Below the pieces are notes generated by a model. The model saw only the letters and a list, made by a program, of their open reading frames with translations, did not search any database and had not been told where the DNA came from. Made by a program: the position numbers and the translations under genes. Below, in pieces: positions 1-7,700 of a stretch of 64,000 bases of DNA (the stretch's first letter is position 1; each line of letters begins with the position of its first letter). This DNA comes from a virus: positions 1 to 64,000 of the IMG/VR virus record IMGVR_UViG_3300012920_000025; one strand, written 5' to 3'.

Positions 1-417
1 GCTCAGATCCACAGAAAGACACTTCGTGGTGGTGCAAACTTTGTTGTTTGTTCTCCAGAAGTTGCTAACATCCTTGAGTTCACAAGCGGTTTCCGCGCTT
101 CTGTTACTGCAGACGCTGACCGTGGTGACATCGGTGCTGTAAAGGCAGGTTCACTTAGCAAGAAGTTTGACGTCATGGTTGACCCATACTTCCCACGCAA
201 CGTGCTCCTTATTGGTCGTAGAGGTAACTCTTTCCTTGAAAGCGGTTATGTATACGCTCCTTACGTACCATTGCAGGTAACGCCTACCATCTTCGGTACG
301 GAAGACTTCGTACCACGTAAGGGTGTTATGACCCGTTACGCAAAGCAGATGGTTAGACCAGATATGTATGGTCTTGTTATCGTGCGTGGTCTCCTTGGTG
401 AGCAAGGCGCTAGTTAA
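1..417 (+). CDS. Major capsid protein, T4 gp23-like (C-terminal part, truncated by window start)
   Basis: Frame open from base 1: AQIHRKTLRGGANFVVCSPEVANILE...GYVYAPYVPLQ...FVPRKGVMTRYAK, the characteristic gp23 C-terminus. Confidence 0.93.
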   Translation, partial: AQIHRKTLRGGANFVVCSPEVANILEFTSGFRASVTADADRGDIGAVKAGSLSKKFDVMVDPYFPRNVLLIGRRGNSFLESGYVYAPYVPLQVTPTIFGTEDFVPRKGVMTRYAKQMVRPDMYGLVIVRGLLGEQGAS

Positions 418-449
418 GATCTGACTTAGGTCAATCATAACAAAGATTT

Positions 450-486
450 AACCCTCGTCATTCATTTGGCGGGGGTTTTGTCTTTT
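450..486 (+). terminator. Rho-independent terminator after capsid gene
   Basis: Stem AACCCTCGTCA/TGGCGGGGGTT followed by a T-rich tract. Confidence 0.8.
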
Positions 487-493
487 CTGAAAT

Positions 494-503
494 CTATTTA
501 ATA
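494..503 (+). promoter_or_regulatory. Putative late promoter (CTANTTA motif)
   Basis: CTATTTAATA; the same motif recurs upstream of about 11 genes, many of them structural. Confidence 0.6.
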
Positions 504-504
504 T

Positions 505-602
505 AACTTTGAATAACCTCCTGGGTCGTAATGCCACTGGCCCTTGAAGAGATTTAACCGAGGTGGCTGGTTATATTTCGTGGAAGTTCAGGTTACGTAA
601 CC
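505..602 (+). ncRNA. Candidate structured, pseudoknotted 5' leader or ncRNA
   Basis: Nested pairings AACTTT/GAAGTT, ATAACC/GGTTAT and GGGTC/GGCCC; loop GCCAC pairs with GTGGC; palindrome GGTTACGTAACC follows. Confidence 0.45.
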
Positions 603-630
603 ATATAACAAAATATAGGAGGAATATATT

Positions 631-1200
631 ATGGGTAGTAGAAGATTAGGTAGAAAGAGACTATTCTCTTTGGAAAAGCAGGGTGAGAGTCTTACAAAGA
701 CACAGTTGTCAACCGGCGCAGGAATTGAAGCAGCGCTCGTTAGAGCAACCCAGATTAGAGATGGCGCTTTGATTATAACCGAATTAATGGTGGATCTGGG
801 TGCAACTGGTATTGAATCGCACGGAGCGAACAAGGCGATTGGTATTGACGACGGAACCGCAGATGCAACACTTTTTAAGTGGACAGAAAGTTTGTTTGGT
901 CAACTTTTGGATGTTGACATGATGTGTGCAGAGGATCTTGCAGGTGGTGGTGTTAATGCTATTCTTTCTGCAAAGGCAACAGCAGTTCTCGCCAAGGGTG
1001 CAAGTAACGGTAATACAGATCACTGCACGATTGCGGCAGCAGTTAAGGGTGACAATGTATCAGCGACCAACATCACCTCGAAGTCCGCAGCAAATGTTCA
1101 CTTTTACCTTCACACCGATTCAGCAACAGACGCTGCATATACTGGCGGAAAACTCATTATTAGAGTAACCGGATACGACGTTAGTGTACCAGATGCTTAA
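631..1200 (+). CDS. Hypothetical virion protein (possible head decoration protein)
   Basis: 189 aa, strong SD (AGGAGG), Arg-rich N-terminus, beta-rich body, directly downstream of the capsid gene. Confidence 0.6.
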   Translation: MGSRRLGRKRLFSLEKQGESLTKTQLSTGAGIEAALVRATQIRDGALIITELMVDLGATGIESHGANKAIGIDDGTADATLFKWTESLFGQLLDVDMMCAEDLAGGGVNAILSAKATAVLAKGASNGNTDHCTIAAAVKGDNVSATNITSKSAANVHFYLHTDSATDAAYTGGKLIIRVTGYDVSVPDA

Positions 1201-1216
1201 AAGGAGGATTTGAAAG

Positions 1217-1333
1217 ATGACTAGAAGAAGAAGAAAGGTGCAACCTGCCCCTAAAAAGGCAGCACCAAAAAAAGTTGAAAAACCAAAGGTTGAAGAACCA
1301 AAGGTTGAAAAGACTGAAAAAGAGAAAGAGTAA
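1217..1333 (+). CDS. Small Lys/Arg/Glu-rich protein (38 aa, not in ORF track)
   Basis: AAGGAGG SD then MTRRRRKVQPAPKKAAPKKVEKPKVEEPKVEKTEKEKE*. Confidence 0.6.
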   Translation: MTRRRRKVQPAPKKAAPKKVEKPKVEEPKVEKTEKEKE

Positions 1334-1340
1334 ATCTTTC

Positions 1341-1371
1341 ATAACCCCCCGAAAGGGGGGTTTATTTTTTT
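1341..1371 (+). terminator. Rho-independent terminator
   Basis: CCCCCC-GAAA-GGGGGG followed by TTTATTTTTTT. Confidence 0.9.
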
Positions 1372-1411
1372 GTAAAAGATGTTATACTAGTTTAAGTTAA
1401 AGGAGTTAAAG

Positions 1412-1777
1412 ATGGGTAAACGTAGAAAAAGAATGATGATGAAGAAGTATGCAAAAAAGTATGCACTTCAAAGAAAAACCTTGGGATTTGATAAGGAAGA
1501 GGAAATGATTGAAATCGATATGACTACAGGTGAAGAGATCAAGGAAGAAGAAACTGTGAAAGTTGTTTCAAATAAAGAAGAAAAAGTTGAAAGTGAATCT
1601 CCTCCTTGGAATCCAGAACCAGAACTTCAAATAGTTCAAATTGAAGAACCAAAGGTCGAACAAGCACCCCCACCAGTCGAAGCGAAGAAACCAACTCGCA
1701 AAAGAGCGCCAAGAAAAAAGGCAACAACAACAAGAAAAACTTCAACAAGGAGATCTGCAAAGAAGGCAGAAGAGTAG
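1412..1777 (+). CDS. Basic/acidic low-complexity protein (histone-like tail)
   Basis: SD AAGGAG; basic N- and C-termini (KKPTRKRAPRKKATTTRK) around an acidic core. Confidence 0.7.
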   Translation: MGKRRKRMMMKKYAKKYALQRKTLGFDKEEEMIEIDMTTGEEIKEEETVKVVSNKEEKVESESPPWNPEPELQIVQIEEPKVEQAPPPVEAKKPTRKRAPRKKATTTRKTSTRRSAKKAEE

Positions 1778-1844
1778 TCAAGACGAAGTCCCCAAGTGTT
1801 TTGTTAAGTTTGAGACTATTTACTAAAGCACGGAGGACTTATGA

Positions 1845-3449
1845 ATGGCACTACCTACTTTGTTACCTGCCAGTAACTCAAGTAAGAGCATCTTACCTGA
1901 AACTGGAAGTCACGGTAACGTAAATAGACTACTACCATATAAGATATATTCAGAAAATAGCAGTACTCTGTTTTCTGGAAACTTTGTATCTGGCGCAGTT
2001 GATCAAGTAGCATACACCTACAAAAAGTTGGGTGGCGATGTTTTGGACATCGAACTATCAGAGGGTAACATATACGCTGCATACGAAGAGTCTGTATTAG
2101 AATATTCTTATCTTATTAATGTACATCAAGCAAACAATGCTCTACCGAGTTTTTTAGGGCATGCTACAGGCACTTTTGACCACAAGGGGGAGTTAACATC
2201 AGGACCCGTATCTGCGAGTCTTAAATACCCCAAATTTGACTATGGTTTTGCAAGAAACGTCTCAGAGCGTATGGGCGCAGAAGTTGGATTGAAAGACTCG
2301 GTTCAGTATTCTGCTTCTTTTGCAGTTAATACTGGACAGCAAGATTATGACCTGCAGGATATCATATCTTCAAGAACTAATGCATTTGCAACAGGGTCGG
2401 TGACTATATCTGATAATTCAGAACTTAATGCGGAAGATACAATTGTTATTGTGACAACAGACGGTACAACTGTCACTGCCACAGCACATGCAGCAACAAC
2501 AACAAACTCAGACACAAACTCTCCAACATTTCAGATTGGCGCAGGCGCTGCAGCAACAGCAACAAACTTGGCAACTTGTTTGGATGCTAATAGCAAACTA
2601 ACTGCGACAGCAGATGGAACCGAGGTTACGATAATCCAGTCTGTGGCAGGAAGAAAGGGCAACACCTCTATCACTCTTACGGACTCTGGCACCGCCGGAA
2701 TGACAAAGTCTGACTTTACAGGCGGCACAACAATAGATTACGTAGGCAAGATAGATGGTAAAAGAATACTAATCAAAAAAGTCTACTACAAAACACCACA
2801 AGCAATGTGGAGATTTTATGGATACTACGGGGGGTTGAATGTTGTAGGGAACTTCTCAAACTACGGACAGTTCTCAGATGACTCAACGTTCCAGTTGGTA
2901 CCGACTTGGCAGAACAAATCGCAAGCGCTTGCGTTTGAGGATGCGATTTACACTAGGATGTCACACTGGTCATACGAACTAAGAAACAATAAGATAAGAT
3001 TGTTTCCAACGCCATTCAGTGGCGGACCGAAGAGGATGTGGGTTGAGTTTTCAGTTCCTGCATCCAACATTACAGATGACACAAATGGAAGATCCGGAAT
3101 AGAAGGGGTTAACAACATGAACACACTTCCTTTTTCTAATCTTCCATATGATACGATTAACTCAATCGGCAAGCAATGGATCAGAAGATTTGCTCTCGCT
3201 CTTTCCAAAGAGATGTTAGGGTTAGTTAGATCAAAATTTGCAACATTACCGATACCAGGCGAAAGCGTCACGCTTAACGGATCTGACCTTGTTAGTCAAG
3301 GCAAAGAAGAGCAGAACGCCTTAAGAGAGGAACTGAAAGCAACATTGGCAGAATTGACTTACACTAAGATGTCTGAACAAGAGGCAACAATAGTTGATAA
3401 TTCTGAAAAGGTTTTACAAAGGATACCATATTCGGTATATGTGGGGTGA
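1845..3449 (+). CDS. Neck/head-completion protein, T4 gp13-like, with inserted domain
   Basis: KLGGDVLDIEL...WIRRFALALSKEMLGLVRSKF..IPGESVTLNGSDLVSQG resembles gp13; late motif at 1816. Confidence 0.8.
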   Translation: MALPTLLPASNSSKSILPETGSHGNVNRLLPYKIYSENSSTLFSGNFVSGAVDQVAYTYKKLGGDVLDIELSEGNIYAAYEESVLEYSYLINVHQANNALPSFLGHATGTFDHKGELTSGPVSASLKYPKFDYGFARNVSERMGAEVGLKDSVQYSASFAVNTGQQDYDLQDIISSRTNAFATGSVTISDNSELNAEDTIVIVTTDGTTVTATAHAATTTNSDTNSPTFQIGAGAAATATNLATCLDANSKLTATADGTEVTIIQSVAGRKGNTSITLTDSGTAGMTKSDFTGGTTIDYVGKIDGKRILIKKVYYKTPQAMWRFYGYYGGLNVVGNFSNYGQFSDDSTFQLVPTWQNKSQALAFEDAIYTRMSHWSYELRNNKIRLFPTPFSGGPKRMWVEFSVPASNITDDTNGRSGIEGVNNMNTLPFSNLPYDTINSIGKQWIRRFALALSKEMLGLVRSKFATLPIPGESVTLNGSDLVSQGKEEQNALREELKATLAELTYTKMSEQEATIVDNSEKVLQRIPYSVYVG

Positions 3450-3455
3450 TAACGG

Positions 3456-3947
3456 ATGAGCGACAACAAATGGAATCAACCTGATGCTCCTCCACCACCA
3501 TTATTTACTGGAAAAAAGGAGAGAGACCTTGTAAAGCAGGTCAGCGACGAACTTGTAGAAAGAGTCGTCGGGCAACAGATTGTATATTATCCTATTTCAA
3601 TTGAGGAAACAAACTTTCATCCAATATATGGAGAAGCGTTGAATAAAACTTTTCTCAATCCAATCAGAGTCTACGCTATGGTTGAGTGGAAGGGGTATGA
3701 AACCGAGACTACCAACTTAGGTGTCGATAGATTGTCAAAAATCACAGTTCACTTTCACAAGCGGAGATTGACAGAGGACCAAAATCTCTTTGTTAGGGAA
3801 GGTGATTTCATATTGTACGGGGAGACTTATTATGAGATTGCAACATTGAATGAACCAACAAGAATCTTTGGTCAGAGAGAGCATATGATGGAAATATCAG
3901 CAGAATGCATCAAGGCAAGAGAGGGTTTGTTCAATGGAACGCAATAA
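3456..3947 (+). CDS. Neck protein, T4 gp14-like
   Basis: Follows gp13; GQQIVYY..IYGEA...VREGDFI motif pattern. Confidence 0.65.
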   Translation: MSDNKWNQPDAPPPPLFTGKKERDLVKQVSDELVERVVGQQIVYYPISIEETNFHPIYGEALNKTFLNPIRVYAMVEWKGYETETTNLGVDRLSKITVHFHKRRLTEDQNLFVREGDFILYGETYYEIATLNEPTRIFGQREHMMEISAECIKAREGLFNGTQ

Positions 3948-4779
3948 ACCTTTTAGCGAAGGGTTGAATGAGTACGAAGGAAAGCGTATTTTCGATTCTC
4001 GCATAGAAAACATCGACACAGCAATGTATAAGTTTGTTGACGAGCAAATGAACTTGCATGCTCACGATGGAACCTCATTTAGAAAGGTTCCAGTTGTCAT
4101 GGCATCCGCAGAAAGGTCCGCTTTGACGAAAGGAGACCTGAGAGTTCGCGACGATGAGGGCGCGCTTATCATGCCCATCATTACAATCGAAAGAACTTCA
4201 ATGGTCAAAAGTCCAACAGATAAAGGCACAGTCTGGGCAAACGTTCCCGCACTGGACAAAGTCAAGGGCGGCAACATTCCTACAATGCAGAGAGTACTGC
4301 AGGGCAAAACATCTAATTTTAAAAATGCACATGCAAAGAAAAAGCACGGTCAACTAAACTTCCCAAGCAAAGTTGACAAGACTGTGTATCAAACAATATC
4401 AATACCTTTGCCGGTGTATGTGACAATAATGTACGAGATAACTATCAGAACAGAATATCAACAACAAATGAATGAGTTGGTGGTACCGTTCATGACGGTT
4501 CCGGGTGGTATCAATTATATTATTATTAGAGATGAAAATCACAGATATGAAGGATTCATTGAACAAGACTATTCGCATGAGAATAACATAAGTAACTTTT
4601 CGAATGAAGAGAGGAAGTTTGAAACAAAGTTTAACATAAAGGTGTTGGGGCACCTAATCGGAGACGGAGTAAATCAAGAGACACCTCAAAAGGTTGTCAA
4701 TGAAACTATTGTTGAAGTAAAAATCCCAAGAGAAAGGGAGTCTTTGTCTCCCGAAGAGTTAGCAAAGTACGGTTTATGA
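3934..4779 (+). CDS. Tail terminator/sheath stabiliser, T4 gp15-like (copy 1)
   Basis: KVPVVMAS.ER, MPIITIERT and PVYVTIMYEITIRTEYQQQMNELV motifs; synteny after neck genes. Confidence 0.7.
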   Translation: MERNKPFSEGLNEYEGKRIFDSRIENIDTAMYKFVDEQMNLHAHDGTSFRKVPVVMASAERSALTKGDLRVRDDEGALIMPIITIERTSMVKSPTDKGTVWANVPALDKVKGGNIPTMQRVLQGKTSNFKNAHAKKKHGQLNFPSKVDKTVYQTISIPLPVYVTIMYEITIRTEYQQQMNELVVPFMTVPGGINYIIIRDENHRYEGFIEQDYSHENNISNFSNEERKFETKFNIKVLGHLIGDGVNQETPQKVVNETIVEVKIPRERESLSPEELAKYGL

Positions 4780-4788
4780 GGTTAAGAA

Positions 4789-7700
4789 ATGGTTAAGAAA
4801 CCAACAAAACCAAGAAGAATAGAGGATAGACCATTTCCTCGTTCTACGATGGAGACGATTGATACAGCGCTCAATAGATTTATTGACGAGACGCTGGATA
4901 TTAATTGTGTTACAACAACTGGTTTTAGAAAAGTTCCAGTTATTTGGTCTTCTGCAGAAAGGATGTATCAAAGCAAGAGCGATCAGAGAATCCGAGATAA
5001 AGAAGGTGCACTGGTTATGCCTCTTATCACCATTGAAAGAACTGGTGTTGTTAAGGATCCTTCTAGGAAGGGCACAGTCTATGCTAACATACCACCTATT
5101 GATAAAGTTAAGGGCGGGTCAATTCAGGTATCCAGAAAGATAAACCAAGGCAAAACTTCAAACTTCGAAAACGCGCACTCAAAGAGAAAGCGCGGTCAAC
5201 TAAACTTTCCAGGACAACCATCAGGAAAGACAGTATATCAAACACTTACTATACCTTTACCGGTTTACGTAACTGTGCAGTATGAAATAACTCTTCGCTC
5301 TGAATATCAAGAGCAGATGAACCAAATGCTAACGCCGTTCATCACTAGACCTGGTGGCATTAACTATGTCATTATTGAAGAGGGTAGATTAAGATACGAG
5401 GCGTTTGTTCAAGAAGACTTCGCGCAGAACAATAACATTAGAAACTTTTCGAATGAAGAAAGAAAGTTTGAAACCAAGATAAGAATAGAGGTTTTAGGAT
5501 GGTTAACATCTCAAGATAAGAATAGTTTACAACCAGACTATGCAGTGAGAGAGGGCGTTGTAGAGGTCAAGATTCCAAGAGAGCGAATCGCACTTGCAGA
5601 TGAACTCGCCACCGCTAACGGCAGACTTTATGGACTAGAGGGTATTAAACCAAATGCTAGGTTTAGAAAGGCGCAAGATCAAGATGATCCTATCTCTACA
5701 TTTGGTCCGGTCTCGGTACCTGGATTACCAGTTGCTGCTTCCTCTGCAGGGACAGAATCGGGGACAAGGGGACCAGAGGGACCACCAGGACCCGCAGGCG
5801 CAACAGGTGCGCAAGGTGTCAGCGTATCGACAGTAACAATAAATGTATCAAATGAACTGATAATAACATTATCAGATGGAACTGTCTTTAATCTTGGTAA
5901 CGTGAAGGGTGATACTGGTGCACAAGGACCTGCAGGTGCAGACGGCGCAGACGGCACTACTCCTAGTCTTGATGCTATATCGGGATCTACTTTAACTTAT
6001 CACAATCTTTCTGGATCTAGTCTAACCCTCAATCTCTTGAACTCTGATAGGGCAGCGATCAATGATTTCGATTTTACTTCTTTGTCTGGGTCCACAGGTA
6101 CGATACATAACCTAAGTTCTTCCGCAATAACATCAAACCTGTTGGACACAGACAGGGTACTCGCAGGGGACCTTGATGTAACCAGCATTGGTGCTACTGG
6201 AGATTTGAGTTTTACAGGATTGTCTTCCGGTACTCCTGTCGAAGGCAAGTACTTAGCGTTAGATGCGAGCAATAATGTTATACTCGCTGCAGCAACGGCA
6301 GAATCAGCGAACTTTACCACTATATCAGGATCTAGTTTAACGTATCACAACATGTCAGGTTCAACTTTAGATTTAAATCTGTTAGACTCAGATAGAATAG
6401 AGGTTAATGACCTTTCTGGTTCAACAGGCACTATACACAATTTAAGTTCATCGATTGTCACCTCAAATCTTCTAGACGCAGATAGGTTAGAGGCAAGAGA
6501 CATCACAGGCACAGGTGAAGTTACCCTAACCGGACTCTCATCGGGTACTCCTGTTTCCGGGAAGTTCCTCGCTCTTGATTCAAGCGACAATGTTATCTTA
6601 ACTGCTGGCGGCGGTGGCGGCGGAGGCGATGGCACCATTGGAGCAGCAGAGGATGGAACATATACTGACGGTCTATTTACGGATTTTGTTTCTTCAACCC
6701 CAATTGGCACACCTATTGATAGGTTTAACGAAGTGTTGAAAATTCTTGCACCCAGTCCAGCGCCAGATTTAAGTTCAATATTGCACAATATATCTAATGG
6801 TACCACCGCAAAACTGTCTTTTGGATCTAGTCAGACTGTTCCTCACTATTCTTCCTCCGCTACTGCTGCAGGTTTTTCAGCAATAGACATAAATGGGTCA
6901 TATGCTCCTGGTAATAGTGATAGAAATTTAAGGTTAGGTATTTACGATGGAACACAGGACATTACTGGAATTTTAAACGACAACGTCGCTGCTAGTATAA
7001 CAAACGGATATGTGGCATATGCTTCTGGCGCGTATGGAAACGCAGAAGTAGGCACATTGAAGTTGGAAGTAAACGGCAATATTATACACTCCATTGATTT
7101 ATCGGGATTTAACGGCATCGGCGCACCTGGATCTGGAACAGATTCTGATTTAAATGCTGAAACTTCTGGTTTTACAAACACATCCCTAACGGCATCAAGT
7201 TTTGATGGAAATAATGCCGAATGGTTTATTTTCAAACACAGAACAGGAAGGTTTAAGGTAGACGTAAACTCGATGGTGCCAGGGTGGAACTACGCCAGAG
7301 TCATACACACTGTGGGATCAACCAACAAACAAACTAATTTTATTGAATGGATAAATGACCCATCTGGATCTCAAAACAACTTGGCAGCAAACAATGGAAG
7401 AATAGAAGACATAACGCTGATAGGTTCAAAATACCTTTCCGGCGTACAATATAACACGGACGCAACAGCAAACTATAAAGTTGATATCTCCAACTTATAT
7501 CAGAACGTTTATCAAGCATCTGGCACTCCTATCAGTTTCACTGTTAGCAACTCAACAACACCATCGGCACAGTCTGTCCCATCTATTAATCACGCTGGCG
7601 GTGAAGACAGCACAAAGACGTTGAGTGTGACTGCTGGACTGGACGTGAACACCGATTCCCTACTAAATGGTGCTATAACTGCTAACGTAACAGCGACTCA

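Noticed and set aside
418-630. tRNA or known riboswitch
   Set aside because: No cloverleaf or T-loop; no convincing match to riboswitch consensus sequences I know, so it is kept only as an unknown structured candidate
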